Shown: positions 13,263-29,272 of the stretch, piece by piece | How the letters are laid out: each line of letters opens with the position of its first letter | Numbering within the stretch: position 1 is the first letter of the stretch | Source of the DNA: Tubiluchus corallicola | Taxonomy: Eukaryota > Animalia > Priapulida | Direction: 5' to 3' | DNA length: 64,000 nucleotides | Assembly (NCBI GenBank): GCA_030141605.1 | Contig: JAQGDQ010000104.1 | Span: 62,001-126,000 of the forward strand | Translations under genes and position numbers: made by a program | Notes under the pieces: generated by a model | What the model saw: the letters and a program-made list of their open reading frames with translations, nothing else | Told to the model about the DNA's origin: nothing | The model's database searches: none

Positions 13263-15379
13263 AAATTAATTGGTTTACCCCTCAGTTAGTGGTGTGCTTT
13301 GTACCGTCTAATTTTGTTCATTATAAATGCCGTCACAGCAATAGCAGACATTAATTCATTTTGACTGCTCACCTAGATTTTAATTAAAACTTCTTCATCG
13401 TTTGATTCATGAGTTTTGTACCTGTCTGCACATATAATGAAACAAGAAATTTGCTGCCCTCAGGTGAGAGTCAACTTAACGATTTTCAATTTGTTTTGCT
13501 GCGGACTTTTCAATCGTTAATTTGTAGACAGAGGTAAATGACAACGCCTTGGGGCTCTGGAAGATTGTGCTCAACTTTGATCGTACGAGGTTTTATAAAA
13601 GCAGATTTGCTGTTGAGCCTACGTCCACAATGTTAAGCCAAAAGTTCCTTAATTTATTAAACTCACATATACGCACATAGGCCTAAAGAAATTCTCTCAT
13701 ACGTTTATAGAACGACACTTTCTCACCATTGTCACTGAGTCCTACATTGCTGAAAATTTCAAAATTTACTTTTAAAATTTAGCATCATATAATAAGTCAA
13801 CAGCACTGCAAAATTTAAAAATGCTTATACAGGTATAATTAGCAATTGACACACAATGTGTTGCATAGAAATATCAGTTATAGACCTGTATGTTCCGGTT
13901 TACTTAAGACTGAAGATATTTGACAGATACTGGACGCTTTTAAAAATCGAATTGAAGTTTAAAATTAATCAGAGAAACGCCTGATAAATTAATGTATATA
14001 AAACGTATGTCAGTTTGACGAGCTCACAAAGAACAAGGTCTATTGCACACGATTTTGTTTTTCAAGATGTAAGACGTCAATCCTACGGACTCACTAGTAC
14101 GCATAAAAGATCTGCAACCGGAAACGCTTGCACTAATATCTGAACTCTTCATATCATCTGACTGAAAGTCGATTTTATCAGATATTTTATTAACGAACAC
14201 CTTTTTCTATTTCCTTTGCATATGAGCCACCATTTTCCTCGCAAATATGGCACAATTTTGCATTGGAAAATCTAAACAGTTGAATTGTCAATGTTACTTT
14301 ATCACAATAAATTACGATCAAATTAAAATAAACAAACCAATTTTAATGAACGTTTTACCTGCCTAGGGCTTTTACTTCTTCGCAGCTGTTATAACCGACC
14401 ATTATACTACATAAGATTCGACTCTTTTTTATCATCAAATGTAGCAAAAGGTTATAAATCTTATGGACGTCAGTTGATAAATTTGATTTAGTCAAACCGA
14501 TTAGCAAAACAATGACCAGTAGCCTGCAGACACGTTCAGATCTGTGGTGTTTCAAAGGTGTTTCTTTATTTAGTTAAAACATGATTTAATGAATGAAGCT
14601 CGGCCTCCGGCAGACTTATGTTATTGCGCTTGTATTACTGTGGCGGATCGTTTCTTAGGGAGACAAATTTGCACAAATTTGCTTCTTATAAACCCGCCTG
14701 TGTCGGCTTTTACCTCTCAAGAACTGATAAGTCTTTATTTAGTATGTATGTCTCAGATTTTTCCGTTACAAAATACAGTGAGTTTAATTCCTTACTGATT
14801 GCAGCATTTTAATCATTACTATCGCACCCGTTATGTGGAAGTTCCGCCCTTGGTCACTTGAAAAACATATACTTGTATATTTCTTTGTTAGCATTTGATT
14901 TATAATATAACTGCTTATATACGTTGAGCTTATAACAACAGATCTGTGGCCTGCGGCAGGGTAATGTTCTGAACCTAAATGCTCCCTTTTCGATGCACCT
15001 CTAACTCCTGCGTGTTGATAATAAATAAAATTATTATTTTATATCAAGCTTGCAACAGCAGATTATCGCAGAAAGGAATTTAAAATAGTTGGCTTCACAA
15101 TACTTGTTATTTTGTGATGCACTCAGTGTAGAAAATTAATGTAATAGCGAAATTTCCATATATTTAGCCCTTGTAAAAGCAAGGCTAGTTACCAATTCAT
15201 TTACATTTTCTTTATGAGGTACATATTACGGATATTACACTGTATTTTCAGAAAAAGTTGAATATTTTGTCTGCCATTTTTCAGAAATTAGAACGTAATG
15301 TTGGATATGAATGTCATTTTGGAGGTAAGTGCGTGACCTCATGCATACTATGGGATGACATAAATATGCTTGCGGTTTT

Positions 15380-15965
15380 AACATATACAGCTTATGCTAA
15401 GTAATACATATATATTAATGCCTTAACTTAATGGCAGATATAAAGAGCAAAATAATAAGCTGGTAACGAAAGCAAAACGACAACAATAGCAACGATGACA
15501 ACAACAACAACAACAATAACAACAGCAATAACAACAACGACGACGACGACTACAAAACCAACAACGACAACAACAATATACAGCTTATGCTAAGTAATAC
15601 ATATATGTTAATGCCTTACCTTAATGGCAGATATAAAGAGCAAAATAATAAGCTGGCAACAAAAGCAAAACAACAACAATAGCGACGACGACGACGACGA
15701 CAACAACAACAACAACAGCAATAACAACAACAACAACGACGACGACGACGACAACAACACCAACAACGACAACAACAATATACAGCTTTTGTTAAGTAAT
15801 ACATATATATTAATGCCTTACCTTAATGGCAGATATAAAGAGCAAAATAATAAGCTGGTAATAAAAGCAAAACAACAACAATAGACAACAACAACAACAA
15901 CAACAACGACGACGACGACGACGACAACAACACCAACAACGATAACAACAACAACAAAACACGAC
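15380..15965. repeat. Tandem triplication (~200-bp unit) containing (CAA/CGA)n microsatellite
   Basis: ATATACAGCTTATGCTAAGTAATACATATAT...ATGGCAGATATAAAGAGCAAAATAATAAGCTGG occurs three times, each followed by a CAA/CGA run. Confidence 0.85.
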
Positions 15966-17049
15966 TATATCGAAAGCATTTTGAATATTGAAAATGAGAA
16001 TCAGGCATTTGCATCTATAAACGAGCCGGGCTGCCAATCAGGTGGCAATCACACATCAATATACACTTCATCTGCTTTAATTAGCTTTTCATTAGAATTT
16101 AATAATCCGTTTGAAGAGGATAATAAGGATAAATTATTGTTAGTTGGCTATTACGCGTTTGCAAAAGTAGCCGAAGTTTTAAAGCGGATATAAGTGGTTG
16201 AAAACGAGCCCACAGTGGGTGGTGAATAGGAGAGGTGAGCCGAGTAAATCTGGGAAGAAAAGAGCGTCTGCTCTCGCATCAGCCCCGCCACACGCCACAT
16301 CAGTCAATCTCTTCCTGTACACCTGCATTATGAAAATATGAAATAAACTAGTGTTATTTTAAATTAAGAAATATAATTTTAAGTAGTGGTACTTGTCCCA
16401 CAAGGCAGGGTTATACCATATACACAAACCTTATTGCGAAGAACTAATACCTTTTGTGTCCACCAATAGCGACGTTTTCACAATTTCGACAAATTAACAC
16501 ATAATTTCATCACAAAAATTTTCAAGCCTTTGTGAATGTCAGTGAAATTAGATAACAGAAACTGCGATCTGTATTGGTAAAATCCACCTTTTGATTCTGA
16601 TTCTGTATTTGATGATTAAATACCATTATCCATTATTTGGTAGTAGGAGTTTTTTCAAAATATACTTGAACGACTGCAAGGTTTTTGAATGTTAAAAGAA
16701 GGATTACAGTTCCGAACCTAGGCGAATGCAAGCCTCCCTCTTGAATTACGGGCTACTGTGTTTCCGTAGCTTGACACACCTCATTTATTAATTTAAAAAT
16801 CGTGACAGTGAGGAAAATACTCAGTAATATTTATAGAGATTGTTAGCTATGCTACACGTATAACAAACCTAGTATAAGACGGAGCTAAGTTGCTTACAAA
16901 AACGAAAACGATTAAAATTTGGAATGTACTTCAGGCATATTAAAATGTCTTAAAATAGTAATGCACTACACAGGGCACCCGAAATAAACTTCTGACAATA
17001 CATTTAGACATTACTTTTATATTTACATTGATTATATTCTCAGCTCCAC

Positions 17050-17380
17050 GACCATTTTATATTTACATTGACCTTTGTCTTAGGAGAAGAGAATACCCCA
17101 AATTTCATTATACTGAATTAACTACTCACATACAAATTCTTATCATTAGATTCAAATCATTCACTGAAGTCGTTGGAGTAAAACTAGAAAGATAAATGGA
17201 CGTTTCATGACAAGGAGTCAAATACTCATACCAGTTGTTATCAAATATCGCGGTTTGTATCGAAATGTAATATTAATAACAAATGTTAAAAACAATGGGG
17301 GTCCCAGGGTAGTACCCTGAGGCACTCCACCATCTAATATTTGAACATTTTTCCATTATAAGTACCACACTTTATCGAGA
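17050..17380 (-). mobile_element. Degenerate LINE reverse-transcriptase fragment (CR1/L2 group)
   Basis: Minus strand reads GGVPQGTTLGPPLFLTFVIN, matching the non-LTR RT motif GVPQGSxLGPxLF. The flanks are frameshifted. Confidence 0.65.
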
Positions 17381-17955
17381 ATGTTTATCGTTTTTTATAC
17401 AGATTGTCTTAAAGAGAATCAATGAGCAGTGGCCGATCAGAGTACAGTACAAATGTCGCAAATGTGGAAAGCTGGAAATACGATTACAGTTCAAGAAAAG
17501 CAGAATTTTTGTAATAAATGGTTCATAGAGATAATACGAGTGCCTTAAAAGCGTGTCATCAATACTCTCAGTGCATGTACACATACCCATAGTCAAGTAG
17601 CTAAAAGCTTAGTAGGCCAATGAGTGCCATGAATTTTGGTTACTTTGCCTCTTTAGGAATTGCCAATACAAAAAGGTGTGGTGATACAATTTGAAAAGAA
17701 TAGTGACTATTTTATAATTTTAATTTAAGTATATCACCAACTTTCTCAGATTATTAAAATAACTCGCAACAAAAAAAAATACATTGGTAATTTAATCCTA
17801 CCAAAAAGTAACAACAATTCACCGTATTGATTACCTTAAAAGTTGACAGTCATGTTGCCCTAAGTAACAAAATGTTGAAATTTGCTATAATTTTGTCAAG
17901 ATGTGCCTCAGTATTTAACAAGCTATTAAAAACTGTGTTGTGAATAAACATATGC

Positions 17956-17986
<31 letters not shown>

Positions 17987-19410
17987 GGTTTGTTTATACA
18001 TATATACGTAACTAATTACAAAGGACTGAAAGATATTGGATTGTTTATTTCAGTTTTCTGCTTTTGTAGCGCAATCTCAAATGCAGAGTGTTGAAAGCTG
18101 ACAGAGTCTGTTTCGGTGTTTCACAAAGACTTCAACTATCTAACCTGTGCATGACATGTCAACGAGTTAACGTAGCCGTACCCGAATTTTCAGCTGTAAT
18201 TACTGCATGAAAGAGAAAAACTGAAGTCTGATAAACGACTGCCGGCAGTCATGTCGCAAATTTACGCACGACTTGACAATAATATTAGAGTTACGGGGAA
18301 AGAGGTAAGATGGACCCAAAGGTGCATGGCAGGGGAGAATTTCGGGGAAAAAATCTGCCAGGGTTTGGTCCCCAACTTCCTCGGTACATAAAGTGAACAG
18401 CGTTTTTAGGACATGTTGCTGACTGACTCGCAATTTTTTTTTAATTTAATTACTTTTATCTTGACGTCTTATTTCATTGTGCTCTTTTTGGTTTTGTTAA
18501 CCTTCTGTTCCCCATTCGTTCTCAACACACCTTAAAAAGCCACTGATAATAAAATCTACACCTCTTTTACTAGCTGAAAATCTTTGTCTGCGAGTGTCAC
18601 CAAGACGACAAATTTATGCCGGCCGGTCGAGAAAACGCTCTCAGACAACAAACGACTTTCAACAATGGAAAATGCACACGACTTTTTAATTATTTAACTG
18701 TCACAAATTAGAAGAGGCAATTCAACAAGTTGTTGAAATACAACAGGATTCCACAACCTGTGGAGACATTCGCATCAAATTTGTCAGAGTTTTATTGCTA
18801 ACAGGAGTGGCCCTGATAATGGTACACCGCCTTTCCTGCGGCTCTCAAGCCCCGTGTGAAACGACCAACTTCCCCCCGGCGTGGCATTAAAAACTCACTA
18901 TCTTTGTTAATTTATTACGAGGAGACTAATTCACTCCAGGTAATTGCGTTGCTACTTACTTTACCTGTTTACTAATCACCAGGTAAATGACATTCAGCTT
19001 GTTAGTTTTATTACCTGCCATCAAAGCAGACAGCTGACATTCCATCTTCATCAGCGGCAGCTTGAAGAGCTTGAAGGTTCTTGACTACAAGACGATCGCA
19101 GGCAGTGCTGAAAACGTGTTCAAAATTGGTGTTTAAAACAGATTGTAGTTTTTAGAGATAAAATTACAATTAAATGAATAAGTCCCGACAAAAGTTGGGT
19201 CTATAAAACATTGGCTTTAATTTTCAAGAGTTTGTTTCTGAATTTATAGCCTACTATAATTCTGCTTAGTACAAAATTCTGCTTAGCTAAGGTCTAAACG
19301 GCAAACTTCTGTTGCAAAGCTAACAACATGGTTAAATGAAAAAGAAAATTCAAAGTACAACTGCATGTCTTTTTGTACAATATACATGCAATTAGGACAC
19401 CAATAAGTAT

Positions 19411-20140
<730 letters not shown>

Positions 20141-22317
20141 AAAATTTATAATGCACAAAACAGTTGAAAGAAAATAAAATAATGTTCAGAACTTTATATT
20201 AGTAAACACTTAATGGCTAGAAACTGAAACAAGGTCATATTTCAGTCAAAAGATATAATATACGAAATTTTCAAAAAGTAGGCAAAAATAAAAATTATAA
20301 AATGCACCATTATGAAAAATAATTGTTTCTTAAAGGCATCAAAAGCTGTCGGATTTTCACTAATCCCAACATAAACAGCGATCATCAGCTACAACAGATA
20401 CAAAAGTAAGGTTGTGTATGTGTTGTGGTGTATTTTGAAGTGCAGAGGTTGAATACCAGGCCTTCCCTTGCGACCACACATTTCAGTAGTTTTGATGAGA
20501 CCTGCTGATAGCAACTTATTATCAGCTCAAGCGCTACCACTAAGTGTTGCGGGAAACTAAACACTTAAAATGCTAAAGGTTTATTTTATAAGCACGTGCT
20601 GCGTAAAGAGCTTAAGTAAGCAAATACTAAGTGACGGACCGGATGTAGGCGAAGGTGTGAAATTGTGAAGCCTAGCGTATCATCACTCTTAAATCAACCG
20701 AATGCAGATATTACAGGCTGCACAGTAAGATCATTGAATGATTATGATAAATTTGAATATTGCAGTCGGCCTGAAGAATCTCTTTCCCTCTGCTGTTTGT
20801 TTTGCTTCTGTCTCTGTGGCGACAGCTTTGTAATAAGTTAGATGAGATGCGTTATGCAGACAGACACAGCCTCACACATGTCATATATTTCATTTCTGTA
20901 GTCCCGCGCAGTAGTCAGGTTGTTTATGACTTTGCCACCTCGATTCATAATCAATTAGTGGCGAAGTCTCCTTAACACGAAACAGTCTCACGCGCAGGAC
21001 GGAATCCGCCATATCGAATGACATCTCCGTGTGCCAGCGGCGGCTATACACTGCCGCATATTCTTCTCAGATTGCCCGAAAGTTTTGACTAACTGGAGCC
21101 AGATAAGCGCTCAGAAATACCGCCTATATTAATTGACAATGATTGGTGCCAAAACAGGACACTTGGCAAATTAGTAGCACGCTGTGGGAGCGGGGAATGA
21201 TCTCGACCATCGAGACTCAGCGTTCATAATCAACAACAGTTGCATTACTGAGGAAGCCAGTCGCTGTCGGCAGAGTTCAAAGTACCGGGCGCTAAGCGTT
21301 CTGAAGCCGCGCTAAATTATCGCCAATTATCACTTTAATTACCCGCCATAAACATTCCGCCAGAGATGCGAAAAAGCAGGATATGGCATTGTTTTTTTTT
21401 TATCAAGTGTTCAGTAACGATTTTTGAGTTAATAGATTTACATATTATAGCCTGTATCAAAAATATTTGGCAACAAAAGTAAAATTAATAATCAAATTTA
21501 TTTCTTTATGACAAGAATAATGACAATTAATAAAAATAAACAACTCCTACAATTGAAAAACGACGAAAAACACAAGAGAAAAGGAAAATGGATCACATAC
21601 AAGTACATGAAATAAAAAATAATAGTATACATAAGCAGCAGAAGCAGTTTGAAACGTTTGAAAAGTACCTCTTCTCGTTTCTTAATTATGGGATTTTTTT
21701 CATTAAAGACATTAAAAATCAGACATTGTTCAAGGCAGTTATGAAATTTAGAAACTAATTGACTTTATTTAAAAAAAATTAAATCCAAGTTATGAAACTC
21801 GAAATACAAAATTACACATCTATTTCTGATTCTTTCTCGTTGGAAACAACGACTTTTGCTTTATCTTCTTCTGTTCATTTCTTTCTTGGTTGTTGCCGCT
21901 ATCGCTGTTGCTGTCGCTGTTGTCGTTGTCGTTCTATCGTTAGTCTCATTACTTCATACGTTGTACAAAGAATACGTGCTAACATGGTTTGCACTTTACA
22001 TATAAGCATACAAGTAGTGATAATAATAAGTGTATTTACAATTAGTTTGTATGTAACATAAATTTAATGAATTCAAGGGGTTAACTTTACATAATTGTCA
22101 TAATCGTCAGTCAATAATTATAAAGCAGCTGTTCATAGCAAGAGATGTGTTACGCATAAAATCATTATTACGATCATCATTATGCATAAAATTATTTGAA
22201 TGCAGCATGAACACGCGCAGAATGATAAGCATCTTAATAGCATCTATCCCATCTAGAGTGGTCACCATTTAATTTAGACTTAAGAGATAAAGCTACAAGA
22301 AGATTTGCTTTAGGTTT

Positions 22318-22972
<655 letters not shown>

Positions 22973-23507
22973 GTCGACCGACAGACTGAAAACAGGCCGA
23001 TTGAGTGACTGACTGACTGAATAACTGGCAAATTTACTCGTTGATGGGTAATCGATTGATTGATCAGCTTATGCACAAAGAAAGTGTTTTATAGAAACAT
23101 GTAATGTGAAATTTCAATCAAAAACTTTCATAAATGCTGAAAAGTTATTTTGCTCGCATGCGGAATAATAATTTAGCATTATTAAACCCTTTATTAGCTC
23201 AAGACAGCTAAATCTGTTTATATCTCGTGTGGCTGATCACCTCCCGTAGGGAAAATGGCTTCCCTAAACCTATGTAATAGCTTCCACTGAAACACATTAA
23301 GGATATCTTTTCTGCCTTAACAAAGAGGCACGATCAGTGGTGATTTTCAGCAGGAAATTGAAGCCTTATCGCTAAGATAAGAAAATTGGATTCAAAAACC
23401 CTGACGAAAACGACTTAACAAGGACAAAACTATTATTGAGGAGGAAAGGGCGAAGCTAGACTGCAAATTCCAGCAAACACATTGTCAGCAGCTTATATTC
23501 AAATATA

Positions 23508-23960
23508 AAGATATGATATGATATGATATGATATGGATATGATATGATATGATATGATATGATATGATATGATATGATATGATATGATATGGTATGATAT
23601 GGTATGGTATGGTATGATACATGACATGACATGACATGACATGACATGACATGACATGATATGATATGATATGATATGATATGATATGATATGATATGAT
23701 ATGATATGATATGATATGATATGATATGACATGACATGACATGACATGATACGATATCATATGATGCATGGTACGATATGATATGATGTAATGTAATGTG
23801 ATATTGTGATATGATGTGACGTGACGTGACGTGATGTGACACGACACGACACGACACGGGACGGTATAATATGATATGATATGTAATGTGATGTGACATG
23901 TGTTACTGACATGTGTTAGTGACATGTGTGACACTATTAATATGACATGACATGACATAA
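23508..23960. repeat. Pentanucleotide microsatellite (GATAT/GACAT/GACAC)n
   Basis: Directly visible. Confidence 0.95.
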
Positions 23961-26900
23961 TGCAACTCAACACAAAGCAGTACAATACAATGCAATACAA
24001 AACAATACAACATGATTGTAATACATATATAGTGTCTCAAAAGTCTCTACACACTAATTTTTCGTTTTCTTTTCAAATTTGCTCCAATCTCCACAAGCAC
24101 GCACATGAATCAAAAGTGCCTTCTCCAATTCTTTTCATTTTTCACTGCAACCTCCTTGCCTTTGGAGACGACAGTAATCTTAGAAAAGAGGTACAGAATC
24201 AACTTGGCAAGAGCCAAGAAGTCCTTCGATCACTGTCTGAAGTTCAACAGAATTCAGGCATCATTAGGGACCACATTATTCTGTCACTATTAACAATGTA
24301 GTTTTTCAACAAGGTTGAGCCCTTCCTCACCACTCCCGGGCGGGTACGAGAGACTTTTCGACTGTAAGTTGCCCAACTTGCCGTTAGATTAATCTCTGAA
24401 GTTCTTGAGGTCAACGAGGAAGGTGTAGCGAATCTAGCGGAACAGTAATTCTTTGCAGATATTCTTTTAATTTCATTAAACTGATAACCGAAGGTTTTAG
24501 TTCATCTGTACAAGTTTTCAAATATTTTGCTTTGTTCGTTAGAAATATAAAACAATGAAAGTGCATAGTGTTTGCCGCAAAGCCCTGCTTATTATATAAA
24601 ATGTAATGATAATTATAATAATTAAAAGAAAAAAACGAAAATTAGAAGATACCGTGTCTGATCTAGTGTTTGCCAAAGCATAAGCATTTATTCAGAAGGC
24701 AAGATTTATTAGTTGCCGTACATTTTATTAGATCTTCAAAGTGGCATTTGAAGAATTTGCAAAAAAATCTGGATGTAAAGTATTTGAGTGAAATGTTGTA
24801 TAAATATACTCTTAACTTCCGGCGCAAATGATTAAGCGATATTAAACTCACATGGAGTGTTTTTGCGACCCACATATAAGCCATATTAAGGCACAGCGTT
24901 TATGATAGCAGATGGATGCGTGTTGGGTAGAACAAAAAAGGAAGAAGCTACTACAATAGTTTTAGCAGTAAAAAGTACATAGATTTATTTACTTGTTTAT
25001 TTAATTGTTCTTCATTCAATTATTTATTTGTAGGGTTCATTCGGTCACTCACTCACTTCCAGATTGCCAGATTGTATAAAAACCTTTTTAAACAGTTTAC
25101 TGGTGTTGTAGAATTAATTCAAATCACTTTTAGCAGAAGTGAAGAATTACAGAAGTGCAGAAGTGCAGAAGTAATCAGTGAAGAAAGTTGAATCTTATTG
25201 TTCTGTACAATTATCTTTTGAGGCAATTGCAGATCATTTTCCCATCAAACTTAATCCTTGATCCCAGTCTTGATTCTTCATGAAACATGCCTTTGCAACA
25301 TCACAATTCACAAAAACAAAATAATGGAAAGTAATAAAGAATCAATAAAGGAACCACTTAATCGAGTTTAGTGGTCACCCCAAATGCCATTCACAGTAGG
25401 AAAGAACTGTGACTCAATGCTACTGGACGGCCTTTCCTATTAACTGATATGTGAATAAAATAGATAAAAATGTCAGAATTTTTTTATCTGCGCGTTTTTT
25501 TATTTTTTGGCTTCAGCCGTATTGTTCGCTAAATGTAGATTTTCATGTTAAAAGTAATGGATAATAATCCTAAAATTAAAGTATTCTGCTGATGTTAATG
25601 TTTATGTTTCATTAAGAGTTTGTCTCAAACGTTTTTATTTTGCTTCTCTTTTTACCTTCAAATACCAGCTCCTCCACACCTCCCCTTCGAATGAAGATTT
25701 CAAGCATGAAAGATTTCATCTCAGTGCTGGAGACAGGCTTGATTGCTCAGTGGGTAGTTGATGATGTCTTATCAGCAGAACGTGCGAAATTACTTAATTT
25801 GAAAACGGTTCTTTATTGTCACTGCAAGACGGCCTTTAATAGCCTATATTATACGCCACGTGCTTTAAGCTCACCTAATGCAGACGAGCAATTGCCGAAA
25901 CGTAATTGAATTTTTATTAAAACTCTCAATTCAGCGATATAAAATACATTAAAAGGATTCATGCAAAAGTAGCATTTCTTATGTGTAATCGAAGGTATAT
26001 GGCACATGATGTATTTTAAGACATAACCAGTGGTTGCTATAGATGTCTTAATGACAGTGAAAACTACCAATTTACACTGGATCGTCTAGAAAAAAGTTCC
26101 CTCATCAGTAAGTAAGTAAGTAAGTAAGTATCTTTATTTATCACCTTTTTACAAGACAAACACAAAGCATTAAACGATAATATGGCAATATGATACAAAG
26201 TGACAAGATTATTAAATGAATAAATTATCTGAGTTAATGGTGTTCAAGTGATTGATGAAAGAGTGGCGAAAAACTAAAAGTTACCAAAGTCAACCACCCT
26301 GTAAGTAGTGTTGCTATTAGTAATATGAGCAATTATCTTGACGAAGATTTCAGAATAAGGTGTGTAAAACTATTGAGATTAACTGAGATTAAGTTCAAAT
26401 TTGAACTTAAATATCAAGAACATAAAACATAATAAATACATATAATGTTGATATTCTAAGCAATGTGTAGATTTATGCAGACAGAATTGCCTTGCCTCTT
26501 AAATTTCATTTACATGTTAGTACTGAATATGGTACGTTTCCAATAAGGCATCTACATAGTCATGTGGCCTCTATCATCACGCGTAACCTTTCGTCCCGGT
26601 AGAGACATGTGTAAAAGAGATCCAGAACGTCCTGTAGCCCGGTTCCTCCTTCTTCTAAAGAACTATAAGTTCCCATCCAAAACCACAATCAGGTGCCGCT
26701 TGGTTGTACCCGAAAAATTTCGAAAAATCGCACAATCGGCGCTTATTGGTGTTTCAAAAAGAAAATTACAGCTGTTTAGAAAGAAACGAAGCCGGGCTAC
26801 GCAATCCTGTGATTCGCTTTTAAAAACGCCTCTATAAGGATGAAAGATGCTGTTAATTCGTTTGGAAAATGTTTTTTTTCAAAATGACCTTTTATAATTA

Positions 26901-28267
26901 GATAAGATGGCATGTGATTGGGCAAAACAAATCATTAGTGTATTACACTATTAATATCGACACTGTAAAGTCAGTGGGAAACATATGTGTGAGTACAAAT
27001 ACAGTAAATTGTGCAAACATTAGGGCAATCTCTGTAGGACAATCATATATTAAATGTTTCACACACATAACCAGTTTCTCCCAAATGTTATACTTAGCAG
27101 CACATTGTAATAAACTTTTGCTACAGAGATTTGAGAAAACTTCCCAATATGAAAATAACTAAAGTAGGCAAAAACTATCTTGGTCAATCTGTCAGTTAAA
27201 TTGCACATTATGATCTGGTTAAATTAAATAATGATAACAGAAAGTTAATACGTTTAGTAAGTTTGCAAGTTTAAAGTTCTATGCGTTTAGCATGCTTGTG
27301 AAACAGTTGTAGCAAGCTAATTATTATTAAGTCTTCTTTCTGCCAACCCAGTAAGATATAGAAATGTGTGCTATTTGATATCCAAAATTATTGTTGATAA
27401 AATTTCCTTTACTGTGTCATCCATCGCACATAATTAAAATGAATGTTTCATTGCCGAAACTCAATAATGTAATTTATTAACAATCTGATGTTTTTATCAT
27501 GACATTTCATAATTACTACATTAGAATGTAATCACTTTAAATGCTCACTTTGTGTGAAGAATATTCTCCGCTGAAGTTTTTGCCCTTGCAAATTCCTCAG
27601 TGCAATAATAAACTTAATTGCAATAGCTGTGCAGAGTTTTTGCCCATCTCAAAAACGTGTGACTGAGTTTTCGCATCACTGAACACCATTAGAGCTCTAG
27701 TCGTTTTTAAACACAAGTATAATTAGCAAACAATACAGCAAGGTAGCCATTAACCTGTAGATTAAACTCGTTTATAAACTACCATTCAGAGTGGTTTTTT
27801 TGTCGGAGAAGGCTAATGTCGTGTCAAACTAATTGCTGCTTTAACGAGCGACAGCAAAATACGAGAGTAAAATTAGTAGATTGACAAAAGATGCATGTTA
27901 AGCAGAAACTGGGGTTCCCTAGAACGCAGACCTACAGTGTTTTACTGTGATTTTTCTGTACAAATTAGTCAGACATTGTAAGTGTGTTTTAGTTTTACTA
28001 GGACAAACAAACAAACAGACCAACTAATCAACCATCCAACTATCTAGCCAACCAACGACGTGTTTAATATGTTACGAAGTACAGTTTAACTGCAATAAAA
28101 TAAAAAGATCTTTGATCGCATCAGTATTCAACGTCTATGAAGAAATAATACGTGGTAGGCTTACAAGCTTCGGCTTCTGACTCCTCTGCATCGCAAGTAA
28201 TGATATTGCTGATATTGCTGTATTTTTGTTATTGACTTTGTTATGTATAAGGTAAACTATAAGCCAT

Positions 28268-28445
<178 letters not shown>

Positions 28446-28502
28446 AATTGTTACATTTGGAAGAAAATAAAATGCGTTAAATAGAATATTTGTAGAATAA
28501 CA

Positions 28503-29272
28503 ATAACGCAAGGATTACATGGATTACAAGAAACAAAGAAGAAATAGATGAAATAAAAAACTCAATAGAGGAGAAACTGAACAGAATGGATCTCGTTGTA
28601 AACAAAAATAAAACTGAAGAGTTTCACATAACACGCCATGGTGATGAATCATGGCAAAGATGCAAGTTTCTCGGTAGCCTGCTAGCAACAGAAGACGACA
28701 TATCAAGACAAAAGATAATGGCATTATCAGCTTACTCGAAACTCACAAAAGTTTTTGAGAATAGGAAGATTTCTTTGGAAACAAATATTAGAATATTCTC
28801 AGCCTCAGTTGAAACTATATTTCTGTATAACTCTGAGCTCTGGAAATTAAAAGCAAATCATAATCAAATCATAAAGCTGAAATCGATGCGTTTCAAAGGC
28901 GAAATTTCCAGAAACATTTTGGGTAACAGATGGCCAAAGAAAATCTCAAACAAAGATCTATATTAAAAAATAAAAGAAGAACCTTGGACAAGAAAAATAA
29001 AAAGACGCCGTTTAAGATGGATTGGGCATATGCTTAGACTACCTGATGATACTCCAGTGAAGATAGCTCTTCAAGAAGCCATAGAACCAGCTAAAAAAAT
29101 CTGCAGGATGACAAATGTTAACATATTTAGATTTTGCACAGAAAGATTTAAACACTTCAGCATTGATCCTTAGAAATAAATGCACTTGGGGCATTGCGGC
29201 AAGCAGGGAGTCCTGGCATAGGGAGGTGAACAGAATCATGTCCCTGGACGTATGCTTTCATTGGATGATGAT
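28503..29272 (+). mobile_element. 5'-truncated RTE-clade LINE (ORF2 C-terminal part) with GAT tail and TSD
   Basis: Peptides LVVNKNKTE, CKFLGSLL, IFLYNSELWKL, RWPKKISNKDLY, KRRRLRWIGHMLRLPDDTPVKIAL and AASRESW, with stops/frameshifts. (GAT)n tail; direct repeat GAATAACA at 28495-28502 and 29273-29280. Confidence 0.85.

Noticed and set aside
24697-24900. Seed-like matches to miR-31 (AGGCAAGAT) and miR-124 (TAAGGCAC)
   Set aside because: The matches do not extend past the seed and no precursor hairpin is evident.
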